The position numbers and the translations under genes were made by a program. Positions 50,301-63,529 of a stretch of 64,000 nt of DNA are shown here, piece by piece. Under the pieces are notes generated by a model. It had not been told where the DNA came from. It ran no database searches and saw only the letters and a program-made list of their open reading frames with translations. Source of the DNA: Rhizophagus irregularis (taxonomy: Eukaryota); NCBI RefSeq assembly GCF_026210795.1, contig NC_089435.1, positions 1,488,001 to 1,552,000 of the forward strand, written 5' to 3'. The number at the start of each line of letters is the position of its first letter. The stretch's first letter is position 1.

Positions 50301-52377
50301 AATGTTTAGTTTGGCTTTATTTTTTGGAGAAGGAATTGGTATTGAAAAAGATGAAGCCAAAGCATTTTATTGGTATCAAAAAGCAGCAGAAAATGGTAAT
50401 GAAGTTGCAATGAATAGTTTAGCAACATGCTATGAAAATGGAAAAGGAACAGAAAAAAAATTAGAAAAAGCCTTTTATTGGTATCAGAAAGCAGCAGAAA
50501 ATGGTAGTAAAGTTGCAATGAAAAGTTTAGCCATATGTTATGAATATGGAAAAGGTACAGAAAAGAATTTAGAGAATGCCTTTTGTTGGTATCAAAAAGC
50601 AGTAAAAAATGGTAATGATGATGCAATGAAAAATTTAGCCATGTGTTATGAAAATGGAAATGGAACAGAAAAGAATTTAGAAAAAGCCTCTTATTGGTAT
50701 CAAAAAGCAGCTCAGCAAGGGATTAGTAATGTTCAGTATAAACCTGGATTTCTTTATAGAATTGGTAAAGTGAAAAAAGTATTAGAAAAGCATGTTTATT
50801 GGTCTAAAAATGCAGAAAAAGAAAGTTTAAGTGCAAATAAATGGATTGAAAATGCTCTAAAATATGGAAAAGTTAAATTTATATCTTATAAAGAGCTAAA
50901 AAATACAGAAAGACTTTATGCGGGAGGATTTGGAACAATATCAAAAGCAATTTGGACTAAAACTAATAATTATGTTATTTGTAAAAAATTGACTAATACA
51001 ACTTATATTAAGAATGATCTATTAGATGCATTTATTCATGAACTAAAAGTGCATCTGCACCTTAATTATAGTGACAGAATTATACGTTGTTTTGGTATTA
51101 GTTTAGGTAATTTGATTATTTATCTACATTGCATTTTTATTTTTTATTTTTTTTTAAAAATTTCTTATAAATTTTTTCTTTAGATCCAAAAACAAATGAA
51201 TATTTTCTTATTATGCAGTACGCTAATGACGGAGATCTTCAAAATTATCTCAAAAATACTTTTAAGGATTTGACATGGGATGATAAGAAAAAATTAGCAT
51301 TTCAAATTGCAGATGGATTAAATTATTTGCATAATGAAAATATTTTACATAGAGATCTTGTAAGTATTATTATTTTTATCTAATATCATTATAGTACTAA
51401 ATAAATGATAATGTTCTACTTTATTTTTTTTATTTTAGCATTCTAAGAATATAGTTATTCATGAAAATAATGCTAAAATTATGGACTTTGGTATTTCAAA
51501 AAATCAAGATAATCAAACTTCAACAGCCTATGTTGGTAATTTTGGTGTTGTTGCTTATATGGAACCAAGACGTTTTGTAGATCCAAATTTTCTATATATT
51601 AATGCTTCAGACGTCTATAGCTTTGGTGTATTAATGTGGGAGATTTCTAGTGGATATCCTCCATTTAAAGATAATGATAATAAAGTTGCACTTGCTGTTT
51701 CTATTAGTAATGGTGCTCGTGAGGTTACAATTCTAGGTACCCCTAAAGAATATGAAAATCTTTATAAAAATTGTTGGAACCAAGAACCTGAAGAAAGATC
51801 AACTATTAATGAAATATTGGATGAATTTGAAAGAATGGGTTTTGGAAATATTGCTACTAACGAAGGTATTTATTTATTATTCACATCCGTATATTTGTTG
51901 TAGGCCAAACTTGACCATGCCTTGCCATCGGCTTAAATTATCGGCCAATCTAATAATGTCTCAAGACTGTACCAGATAATGGTGTAATTAGCCGAAAAAC
52001 GGAGCCGAATACCTGATTCCGGACCGGTTTAATTGCAGAAAATCCCTGGAACTCCACGACGATCTAGACCTGAACGGGTCCGGATCACGTTGCGGCTAAT
52101 TATTTTTCGGCTAACTACACCATTATCTAATTTAGGTCGATGGTAAGGTTTGGGACATGGTCTACAACATATATTTACTAATATATTGATGAAAATAAAA
52201 TAAATCTGTTTATTAAAGGTAGTGACAATTTAACTCCAGAATTACAAGTTAGTGATAATTCTGCTCAATTCTCTTCAAATTTACACAGTAAGTTTATAAC
52301 TCTGCTTATTAAGATTTGATATTGAACTAATATTTTTAAATATTTTGTTAAATTTAGTTGACCTGGACAATGTATAA
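47311..52377 (+). CDS. Sel1-like repeat (about 31 x 36 aa) protein with C-terminal TKL-type kinase domain
   Basis: Repeats of AMNNLAICYENGEGTEKNLEKAFYWYQKAAENGN. Exons 47311-51106, 51184-51359, 51439-51865, 52219-52287, 52358-52377 (GT-AG, in frame). Motifs GGFG, VICK, HRDLHSKN, DFG, YMEP, SDVYSFG. Confidence 0.9.
51896..52169. mobile_element. Foldback MITE inside intron 3 of the Sel1-kinase gene
   Basis: Nested inverted repeats: TGTTGTAGGCC/GGTCTACAACA, CCTTGCCATCGGCTTAAATTA/TAATTTAGGTCGATGGTAAGG, AGATAATGGTGTAATTAGCCGAAAAA/TTTTTCGGCTAACTACACCATTATCT. Confidence 0.85.
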
Positions 52378-52644
52378 TTTTCGTCATAACAACATTCAAA
52401 GCAATTAGATTTGCGAAGTAAAAAAATATAAAAATAGACGTGTTTTCCATTTTAAAGGCTGACAAATAAATAAAATTAAAATTGAACATTCATTTAATTT
52501 AAGATACTAACCAAATCGCCAATAAATACTATTCTGCAATATTTTTTAAATAATAGAACCTTAGATTAATTAATATTTATTTAACCATTTTGCTCATACA
52601 TTAAAAGGAATTTACTAATTGTAAGATAAGGAATACAAGCTTCT

Positions 52645-53525
52645 TTTTTTGATTCTTTTTTTTTTTTTGGTAAATGATATACTTTATTATTTATATGATG
52701 AAAACAATAAAATACATCTGGAGTTTGGACTCAAGAATAAGCCTATTCCCTCCGGTGAAGTTGTAGTACCATTACCTACTACATGAAATTTGAAGGATCA
52801 ATATAGTAAATTCTTCAAAAATACTAAATAATAAAAATACATATAAAGAAAGTCCTTAACGCGTTGGAAATATTTTTAACGTGAAATCACGTGACTTCGA
52901 CACGATTATAATCTAACCTATCCTAATATACTCACTTTTCACTCACCATCTTTTCTTGAACTATTTCTCTTTTGGACTCTTCAGTCTTCACAGCCCGCTT
53001 GTTATTATATTTGTCTCGTCTCGTTCCCTGTTCTCTTCCAGTCTTCCTTAACTCTCTTTTCAAAATCCACATTAATAAGCTGCGTATACTTTTGTATCAC
53101 ACCATGTGATTACTCCTCTTTAATCAATTTTTCTCAAAGCTTAATCAAGGATTCTAGAGATTTAATCATCATTGCCACCTCTTCCGCATTCATCTGATTT
53201 TTGATATTTTCCCATTTCATTTGTTCTCCTGCCATAATAAACATCATTTTGTCTATCGAACTTCGAGATGGTGAAGCAACGTATGGTTGTTATGGAACTA
53301 ACGATTTTTGTTCCTTCCCTTGTTCGTTGATGATATTCACCACTTCTTCCGTTGAGAAATTATCTTTCTTCAACGCTTCTTTTACCGATTTTTCTTTAAA
53401 GTCGTTTACATCCAAACCTCTCCTGAACTGGTTAATTGTATCTACCACTTTATCCTCAGATACTGTCGTTGATCATTCCACATCATTCGCTGGACCTCCA
53501 TCCTTGAATTTATCTCTTTCCTGAT
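52645..53525 (-). mobile_element. Probable degenerate LINE 3' end
   Basis: Purine-rich coding-like minus strand with stops, and a T-tract at 52645-52668 consistent with a poly(A) tail. No catalytic motif recognised. Confidence 0.4.
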
Positions 53526-53619
53526 ACTTACTAATTCCATTTAAGTTTCTTTTTTTGTTTAACTATTTGTATTTCATAAACTACTATGTATCCATCTTTA
53601 ATATACAGTACAACATTAC

Positions 53620-54190
53620 GGTTACGGTACATTTCGCCGAAATCCATTTCACCGAAACCTGAAGGGAAGTTTCACCGAAAAGACGTTTCGCTGAAAGTGC
53701 ATTTTATCGAATCCATCTCACCGATTCGTCCATTTCGCCAAATTCCATTTCACCGAATGGACGTTTCACTGAAAATGGTAGCGATTAATATTTTTATAAA
53801 AAATATTCATCACGCAATGAATAAAATTTAAATTATTTTTAAGGATTTTTCTTTTCAGCATATTGTCACTTTAACATTCAAGTAACTGATATTAATTGTT
53901 AAATAACTTATTTTTTCGCGAATAAATGTTTTCGGGAAAATAAAGTAAAGTAAAAAAAGATTAATATATTATAAACAACAAGATAATAAACTTAATAAAA
54001 ATCAGCTAATTCAAAAATTTTTCTAGAAAAGATTTCTTTATGCATTTAGTATAAAAATGATAAAAATAAATGGTATGTTGAAGAAACTTCCTTTTGGCGA
54101 AATACCCTTTCGGTGAAATATCCCTTCGGAGAAATGGCTTCGGCAAAATTGGTTTTAGTGAAATAGACTTCAGCGAAAAGTCCGGATACC
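53620..54190. mobile_element. MULE-like non-autonomous element with repeat-rich inverted ends
   Basis: 9-bp TSD CAACATTAC at 53611-53619 and 54191-54199. TTTCGCCGAA/TTTCACCGAA arrays on the left and their reverse complements on the right. Confidence 0.85.
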
Positions 54191-55140
54191 CAACATTACA
54201 ATAATAGAATTTTTTTAAATAAATACTCTGATGTTTTTATAACAAAGGCCGTAATATAAAAATAGCATTATATATAAAGCGCATCTTATTAGGGCTTGTT
54301 CAATTCTGATCGTTCAGGTTTGTTGATATTAACCAATCCTATCATGTGATCAAAATCAAAAATTTAGTACTTTGATCGGCTTATTGATAGTTAGCCTTGG
54401 TCACCTTATTTTTCGTATAATAAAATATTTTCTTTTTTAAAATGGCAATAAGCAATACCATTAAACTTTTTAAGGGCGTGTATTAAAACTTTATTAGACG
54501 TTAAAAAAGAGCGATCAAAAATGATACCACATTTTTGTTGTTTGGAAATTTCGGGTTGTTGATCACACACAATTTATCAGCCGATAATTATCAATTCAAA
54601 ACCCGATCAAAATTCCGACCGATCAATGGAGACTCTTAAAATCAAATGTTCTATATTTAATATATATTTCTCCAATGTCTACGTCTTACCAGAGTTTTCC
54701 TAGTTACAATTACTATTAATCAAAACTAAGAAAAAAATAAAATATGATATTTAAGAAAATTCTGGCAAATTTTATAATTTTAGTCCGAATTAAGCATTAT
54801 AATTATGCATCTCATGTTAAGTTAATTCTGGTAATTTTTAACTTTAAAAGCACATATTTACAGACCCCGACGAAAGTAATGGCAGCCAGCTTTTTAATAA
54901 TATGTGCGCAATTTTACAATAAAACACCAAAAAATTTTTTATTTTCCGAAAGATGGGCAAAATTACAGTAATTAATATTTGGTATGGCCTCCTTCTGCGT
55001 CTAATGAAGTGCTGATCCGATAAATCGGCACAATCACTATATATAAATTTGGGGTAAATTTATATGTAATTTTTATATGTTCTAAAATCTATAGACAAGT
55101 AGTAATAAATATTAAAATATATTATAGAATAAATTCATAA

Positions 55141-58100
55141 CATCGGGAAATTTTTTTTGGGGATAAATATCGATAATTATCACTTTATCGATAATTATCA
55201 CATTTTATCGTACTAAATAAATCGATAATTAACGTATTATGATGATCATCGATAAACAACTGGAAAAATATAACGATATTTAACATTAATGTTATTTATT
55301 GATAATTATCTGAAAGATATTTAATGGTATTAAGTGTTAAAAATTTTATCGATGAATTTCTATAAGATATTTAACATTAATGATATTTATTGACAATAAT
55401 CTGAAAAATAAATAATGATATTAAGTGTTAAAAGATTTTATCAATAAATTTCTGTAAGTTATTTAATGTTAATGATATTTATTGATAATTATCTGAAAGA
55501 TAAATAATGATATTAAATGCATGTTTAATTTTATCAATAAATTTCTGTAGTGATAATTTATCAATCCTGTATAGATTTGTGTTATGTAACATGATATTTT
55601 AATTAATTAAAAATAAGTTACGAGATTATTTAACAATCACGTGTATTATATCATGTGACATGACTTTCCGTTAGTTAAACTACTAAGACGCGACGATAAG
55701 TTTATTTTAAACTTTTTTTTTAGTTTAATTAACCATTTCCTTCGCCCATTCCATTTACACTCTTCTACCCTTCTTTTCCCCTTCCACTCTCACCCGTCTC
55801 TTTCGCACTTTCCCTTCACCCACTTCACCCTTTTTTACGCTTTCTTTTTTCTTTTTTTTTCTTTTTCACCTTTCGTTCATTTTTTTCCATTTTTTTCATT
55901 TTCCCCTTCATTTTATCTCGTTTATTTCGTTATTGTCATTTCTTTCTTTTATTTTGCATTTTTTTTTACGCATTTTTTGGTTATTTATTTCCTTTTTTAT
56001 CCCTTTCCGTTCTTCCGTCTTTTTTAAATGATACCGTCTTTCTCTTTCCCTTTTTTCATTCTTTCCTTTTTCCTCTTTCCTCTATTTTTCCCTTTTCCCT
56101 TTTCCCTTTTTTTGTTTTCCTCTCTCTCCCTCTCTTTGTCCTTCCTCTCTTTCACACTTCCCTTTCACTTAAATTAAACGCTTTTCACAACATGAAAAAA
56201 ATTATAAATTTATTTTTTAGGTCACGTTTTTGTTTTGGTAGATCTCTTGTGAAATGATTTTCGTCTATAGTACTAATCCTTTTTTTTTAGGTTTTGTCTC
56301 ATTTTGACCTTCGGATGCCTGGGAACTTGTTTCTTTTTAGACGGCCAAAAAACACGTTAAAATTCGGTAGGAAAGGAAGGGGGAGGATGTATTCTTTCGT
56401 CTTTTTCATTGATGAAATGGTTTTCTGGATTTTTTTGGATTTAGCTCAGGATTTAGGTAAGAATTTTTTTTATCAATTTTTTTATTTTATTTTTAACGAA
56501 CTTTACTAAAAGTTCATTTCTTTTTCTTTTTTTAGATCTTTCAGGTCAGACATTAGTGAATTTTTTTTTTTAAATATTTATTTTAACGAAACTTCTACTA
56601 ACATTTCATTTTTTTTCTTTTGTAGATGGCCAGTTCTTCAGTGTTTGGACGCGTGGGAAACTCAGAAGGTTTCTCAGTTAAATTTTTTTTGTGCTGATTT
56701 TTTTTTATAAATCATCCATATGATTAAAAAATGTTTCTTTTTTTTTAGGTCCATAACGCTCATTTCGAAGGCTGGACTCCTGATTTTCTTTTTTTAGATG
56801 GCAGGATCTCTAAACGTGTGAAAAATTCGGTATGAATGAATTTCAATCAGGTTTTTTTTATTTTTTAATGAAACGTTTATTAACGTTTCCTTTTTTTTAG
56901 GCAGTTCTTCAGCCACTTCAAATTCTCAGGTTTAGTATATATGTTTTAAATGTTTAAACAATTATCCTCGAGTCTTTTTTGGACGTGTGAAATTTTGGTA
57001 TGTATTTTTATTCATTGATTTATTTAATTTATCGAAATGGCTTCTAACGTTTCGTTGTCTTCCTTTTTTTAGACGACTTGCTCTTCAGGTTTAGACGCAT
57101 TAGATCTAGGTAGAAATTGGTTCTTATATCAAAACATTAACTAATGTTCTGTTTTTTCTTTTATTTAGGTGGTTGTTCAGTTTTTTTTTTATTTTTATCG
57201 AAACTTTGATAACATTTCAATTTCTTTCTTTTATTTAGGGAGCTTTTTGGTCTCACTAATCGGCTCGTGGGTTTCAGTTTATTTACTCAAAAATCTTGCC
57301 TTCTTTATTTTATTGAAACGTTACTAGTTAACGTATCGATTTTTCTTTTTTTTTAGACGGTTATATTCTCAAGTCTCTTAGACATGCGAAATTTCGGTAT
57401 GTATTTTTTTAGCATATTTAATTTATTTAACGAAATATTTGCTAACATTTCATTTTTTTTTCCTTTTTCAGGTGGCTCTTTGGTTCTTTTGGAAGTTGAC
57501 TTAGTTTTTTTAAATTTAATCTAATTTTTTAACGAAATGTTTGTTAACGTTTCGATTTTTTTTTTGTAGGTTCTAGTTTCAACTTTAGGTATTAGACTGA
57601 GTTTCAACGTAACTTTGAAACTTAATTTTTTTATTTTTATATAATGAGAAATGTCAACTCACATTTCTTTCTTTATTTTCGTAGGTTATAGACTTTAGAT
57701 TGAATGGGGAAAGTGAAGACGGTAAAGTTTCGCAATACCTGTTGCGGGACTTGATTTATTTTATTTTATTAGAAAGAAATGCTTTCTAACGCGTCTTTCA
57801 TTTTCAGATATGGTAAATTCCATAATTTACAAGATTGCTAATATATTTTTTTTATTTGAAACGTTTTCTAACGTCTTTTTCGTAGGTTTTTGGATTTTGT
57901 TGGGATACTGGGTGATATGATCAGTTTCAAAGGTACTATTCGAAACTTTTTTTTTAATTTATCTCTTTTAGAAATCTTTAATTAATGTTTATTTTCATTT
58001 GTAGATTCTTAAATGGCTCTTTGGATGGAAAGTTTCGTTTTTTGTCTTTTATTATTAATGAAACATTACTTTTGGCTTTAGTCAATAGTTTGGATGGGAG

Positions 58101-58419
58101 TTTATTGTAGAATTTTTGAATTTTTAGTTTTCTTTTTTTCTTTTCAATATTTGCATATTATTTAGTAATAAAATGATGTATTTGCTTAAAAAACAATATA
58201 TCGTATAATTATCAAATGAATATATTTTGATATTTATTGTTTAGGTTATAGTCCGATAATTATTTGTTTGGTTAAATATCGATGATTATCATTTAAGTTT
58301 AAATATGATAATTTATCACTCTTTATCCCTATCGATATCACTCGACGAGTCCGATTAATATCGATGTATGTCATGTGACCTTTTCATCGACATATATCCC
58401 CTAGAAAAATTTCCCGATG
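55141..58419. mobile_element. 3.3-kb non-autonomous TIR element with an internal array of intron-like units
   Basis: TIR CATCGGGAAATTTTTTTTGGGGATA / TATCCCCTAGAAAAATTTCCCGATG, ATCGATAA subterminal repeats at both ends, pyrimidine tract at ~55735-56170. TSD unclear. Confidence 0.75.
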
Positions 58420-60096
58420 AAATATGAATACATATACCAATTAGGTATCTTTATTTTCTAAAAAAATTTTCGAAACTCTGCCAAAAGATACTTTCCTGTA
58501 AGCTCAAAAAAATCAATTCTTAAAAATTTACCCATCAGATTTGAACCCCTGAAATATTTGAGATTTCTCGCCATCTATCAGCTCTAGTGAGATAAAATTA
58601 TTACCATTCAATTCGTTTCAGTAAAATGATTATAATGAGCTATATTACAATCATTAGATGCTGAGTTATAAATGGATGTTTTACTATCGGAGCAATAGGC
58701 GTAGTGTACAAGAAGGTATCAAAACATTTGAAGTGTAGTTTCATTGGAAAATACCACTTTTTTCCAACTATAATTCACATGATCATGGGCGCAAGATAAT
58801 CGGTTCTCTTTTGCTTTTTGTGTCGAAAGAGAAACCTTTCTGGGACGAACGGATACAAGACCAAGATTTTATAGCTCACGACAAATGATCCGTTCACTAA
58901 CTCAAGTTCTGGATTTTTTTCTTTAAGCCGAGCCTTCATTTATTTCACTTGCTGTAGTGAAATGATTTGCGCTTGACGATCATTCCAATTTGGCGGCGTT
59001 TTTTAGAAGTCAAAGACCACTAACTATAGTAATCTTTACCAGTTTTTTTAATGAACTGACATAACGTTCACAGGAGCGTAAGGGAATAACTGTTCTTTGT
59101 GAAATTTCTCTTGCATTTCGGATTTTTTGCTGCCAAAGGAGTTAACGTCATTTCAGTTTTTTTTGAGCGTAGTGCCGTTGTTAACGCCATTTTAAACGGG
59201 AAAACATGAAGAAATTTATTTTTTTCTATAATTTTTTTTGTTCGCTCCTATCACATAATAAAAAAGAAAATATTCATCATGATAAATCAAAATCTCTACA
59301 AAATTTTTTATTATAATAAATAAATTTAATTGTTAATAAAAAAGACGTTACATTCCTTTTTTTTCGATTAGGAATTAAATTAGATGTGCTTGAATAAAAA
59401 TTGTTTTGATGTTTTTTTTTCTTACGCTAAAGAATAAGAAAATAGAATTTTTTTCGTGTTTTGCCACAAATGTTTTTTAATTACGTTAAAAGTCTTTGAG
59501 AATAATTACTGTATAGTATCTTTAGACTTTTTTAATAGAAATATTATTAACCAGTTTTATTTTAATCTATAAATTAGGAAATATTAGAAATACAAATATC
59601 GATTAAATGTGTGTATAATTTTTTTCAAATGGGTCTACGATAATTCGTCATGTGAGGATTTACAACAATAAAAACCTTTTCGGACTTAATGGAATGATCA
59701 GCAATTATTTTATTATTTCCACCGATCAACAAAGGATATAACCTAAACACTTGAGACATGAAATGTAAGGTGATTATTTCATAGTCTAAATTAATTGCTC
59801 TATAATCATTTCCTTAACAAGTATTGATGATCCAACGCCCCAGCCTTTATAATAAAGGCTTTATTACATGCATGTGCATATACTATTAATTAAATTAAGT
59901 TTAAATTCTTTGAAAAAGAAAATTATTAGAAAAAATGCCAAATTATTTTGTGCTCAACCTATAGATAATTTTGAATAATAATGGAAAAAAAGAAACGGAA
60001 CTGTCGATCATCATGATGTTTATTTATTACACAGATACGCCACTCCCAAATTATTTAACAATTTTTCTTTCTTAAAAAAATAAATAAAAAAAAAAA

Positions 60097-61569
60097 ATGT
60101 TCGTTAAAGACGTACTTTTCCTAATATTAGAAGAATTAAAAGATGATAGAAAATCTCTCCACTCATGCCTTTTTGTTAATAAAACTTGGTGTGAAATAAT
60201 AGTACCAATATTATGGAAAATTCCTGGAAAGTATACTCTAACTAATAACGCAAAGAATGCTTTATTTAATGTAATACTTTTACATTTATCAGAAGAATCA
60301 AGAAATATTTTGAAGAATAATGGAATTAATCCTTTTATAGAAGAATATCGACGACTATTATTTAATTATATCAGTTTCTGGAGATATTTAAATTTATTTC
60401 TTTTAGAAAGTATGATCGTTTCTATAAAAAATATTGAAAAGTACAACATTTCTATTATAAGAAAAGAAGTATTAAAATTATTTATTAATAAAAATACAAA
60501 GTATATTTATCTTGATATTCCGGAACAATTTAGTTATCAATTACATCAAATTCCAGGTGCTGAATATTGTTTTTCAAAACTTGAATGTCTTCATTGTGAT
60601 GATAATACCGATCAAAATATTTTTAAAGGATTGGCTAGAATAAGCAAGTCAATTAAAAAATTAAAGTTTTATATTATGCAATGTAACAATAATGATAATT
60701 CCGGAATTATTAAATTAATTGAAGCTCAAAAAAAGTTGGTTGATGTTCATTTAGTTTATTTTTATACTAATATGAGAAATGAACCATATTGTAAAACTCT
60801 TGAAGAATCATTAATTAAAAATTCGGATACAATCCAATATTTAAGAATTGGTTGGAAACCAACTACGAAAATTCTTACAAGTCTCGTAAATTTGATAAGT
60901 TTAGATATAAATTTGAATTTATTAGGCAATACCAATTGGAATCATTTGGGAAAAGCATCTTTACCACTCTTAAAATACTTAAGAGCTCAACAAGTTCCAT
61001 CTAAAATTTTGACGAGATTAATTGAAAATACAAAAGGATATCTTATCGAAATAAGTATACTTTACGAAGGTACTGATAATAGAGAACTAATTCGAGCAAT
61101 TTATCATAATTGTCAAAATCTTAAATATCTTAAATTATCATTTAATAATGATAATATTTCAGAATTAGAAAATTTATTAATTAAATGTCAATATTTGAAT
61201 GGATTGGTTATTTTTACTGATGAAATAAATGAACCTGATTGGGATGATTTATTTGAAATATTAACTAAATCATCACCAATTAGTTTGTATAAGTTCAAAC
61301 TTTCATTTATTTGGTCATTTAAATTATTGGAATCTTTAAAGTTATTTTTTAAAGGTTGGGAAAGTAGACATCCTATGCTATTACACACTATTCCTATTGA
61401 TAAATATTACACAAACATAAAGCAACCACTGCAACAATTGCAACAACAAATGGAGAATTTAATCAGAAAATACGAAGCAAGAGGGATCATTAAAAAATAT
61501 GATACCGATTTGTATGAATCTATATTTGAGGAATTCGAATGGATTCAAAAGAAGTTGCTTTTTGTCTAA
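60097..61569 (+). CDS. F-box/LRR(RNI)-like protein, 490 aa, intronless
   Basis: MFVKDVLFLILEELKDDRKSLHSCLFVNKTWCEIIVPILWKIP F-box-like motif plus Leu-rich repeats. Intact. Confidence 0.88.
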   Translation: MFVKDVLFLILEELKDDRKSLHSCLFVNKTWCEIIVPILWKIPGKYTLTNNAKNALFNVILLHLSEESRNILKNNGINPFIEEYRRLLFNYISFWRYLNLFLLESMIVSIKNIEKYNISIIRKEVLKLFINKNTKYIYLDIPEQFSYQLHQIPGAEYCFSKLECLHCDDNTDQNIFKGLARISKSIKKLKFYIMQCNNNDNSGIIKLIEAQKKLVDVHLVYFYTNMRNEPYCKTLEESLIKNSDTIQYLRIGWKPTTKILTSLVNLISLDINLNLLGNTNWNHLGKASLPLLKYLRAQQVPSKILTRLIENTKGYLIEISILYEGTDNRELIRAIYHNCQNLKYLKLSFNNDNISELENLLIKCQYLNGLVIFTDEINEPDWDDLFEILTKSSPISLYKFKLSFIWSFKLLESLKLFFKGWESRHPMLLHTIPIDKYYTNIKQPLQQLQQQMENLIRKYEARGIIKKYDTDLYESIFEEFEWIQKKLLFV

Positions 61570-63529
61570 GTGATCATTAGTATATGTAATATTTTATTTA
61601 TTTTTTTTTTCATTCTTTAATAATTCATGTATAGTTAAACCGTTAATGATTTTAATTTTTAATAAATGAATATAACATACATATTTATTAATCGAGTACG
61701 TCGGTTCATAATTTGTAAGGATTTAGGATTATTAACGTCGGGTTTGTATTAACAGGATTCTGATCGTTGAGATTTCGTAGCAAATCCATTTAAATTTGAA
61801 GGTTTATTATACAAACCATATATAAAGTCCATATAATTAAAAAATGACTCTATGTGCCCCCTCTAATAATCTAAAACTAATCTTTGAAAGGATTGCTGTA
61901 ATAAGTTATTTTTATTAGTACGAAAGCCACGCTTCGAAGAACGCGAGCTAAATAAAATGTATTGGTGAATGACAAGATAATTCGTTACTTTGACTCTCAA
62001 GAATATAATAAATTTTCTACTGGAAGATTATTTGCGGTTCATGCCGCAATTGCCGCATATTCGTGATTAAGAAATTTAATAAAGTTATAAGAGAAATCAA
62101 TTGATTCAACTCTGTTATTATTAATAATATCTTTATTATAGTTTCGGGTGAAACTATTTTTTCAAAATCTGAAATATTTCGCCGAAAGTATCTGAAACTT
62201 CTGAACCCAAATTAAACCAAAATTATAAAAATCTAACTTTATAAACTATAAATCGGTAATTCTACAATTTGCTGTATATTTGATTGATGACTCAACTGGG
62301 TATTATATTAAAAAATTACTCATCTATATACTCTGTGCAAAGGTCACACGTATGTTCGTCCGGTGTACAATATATGAGGTTAAATACAATTACTCACATC
62401 GGTCATATGAATAAAATGTTACTCACGCGAAAAAAAATCAAAAAAATTGCTTTCTTATGGTGAGTTTCGTCATGAGTAAATGATTACATAATTTAAATAA
62501 TATAAATATATCTCAATATCTTTATTCTTTTCTTTAGGTTTTCTTTATTTTCTTTTTTTTTTAGGTCTATCTTCTAGGTCTTCTCTTTATCACCTTTTAG
62601 GCCCTTTTTCTTTACGTCTTCCCTCAGGTACTTGTATGTGGGTTGGGAGTGTGGGTTTGTGTGTAGGTGGTGTGTGTATATTTGTGTATTTCCTCGCTCT
62701 TTCCCTTCTGTCGCTTTCTCTTTCCCTTTCTGGATCTTGCAATGATTAAAAAACAAATCCAATTTTTGTTACATTCGGTTATTTGACATTTGGATTATTG
62801 CAAGACGAAATTGCCAAATGATTATGGACGATATTTTGATCAAAAAACTCCCAGCCTCCGAGATTAAAAAATGATCAGGTTATTCCAAACACTGTAAAAG
62901 TATTCAATCATTTTGTACTTGGATTGTTTAAATCAAATTAAATAAAATGGTCACTAAAACAAAACATAATAAAATTTCTAATATTTATCTTAATTTATAT
63001 GATTTGATCATTAATTTTGATTGTTATAATTTTTATGCCATGGATATTTGCAATTTGGATTGGCCTCGTGTAATCAAGTCAAAATTTTTTTATCCTGTAC
63101 TTTGACTTGAATTCTGGTTTAAGTGATCGTTCTCACTCTATTAACTCATGTCTCTTCATATAATTAAAAACAAAGCTTACAATTACTATGGCCATATAAA
63201 TTTTACTTGTACATAAATGTTTCAGCTATATATATTCAATATAAAAAAAATATTATACCAAATCAAAAAATTGTTTACATACAATTGAAAATAGGATATG
63301 TCTATTACCTATACTGTGGCGCAGTAGTCACGTGAAAATCTAGGTGATCGCAACTTGGAAAACGGTAACCGTTAAAGTCTGTCGCGTTTATTTACTCACG
63401 AAAAATAGCAAATTCAGTGTTACAAAAAAAAAGGAATATGATTGAAAGGGTTTTAGAAAATAATTGTTTAAATTTGAATGTTAAAAATTTCTTCAACGTG
63501 CTAATCCTAAGAATGTTATTATGGAAAAC

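Noticed and set aside
49385..50626. Repetitive minus-strand ORFs (HFLLLFDTNKR)
   Set aside because: Antisense shadows of the Sel1 repeats.
5455..63335. Frequent TCACGTGA/TCATGTGA palindromes
   Set aside because: Mostly inside TE-derived sequence. Enrichment cannot be quantified here, so no specific regulatory site is claimed.
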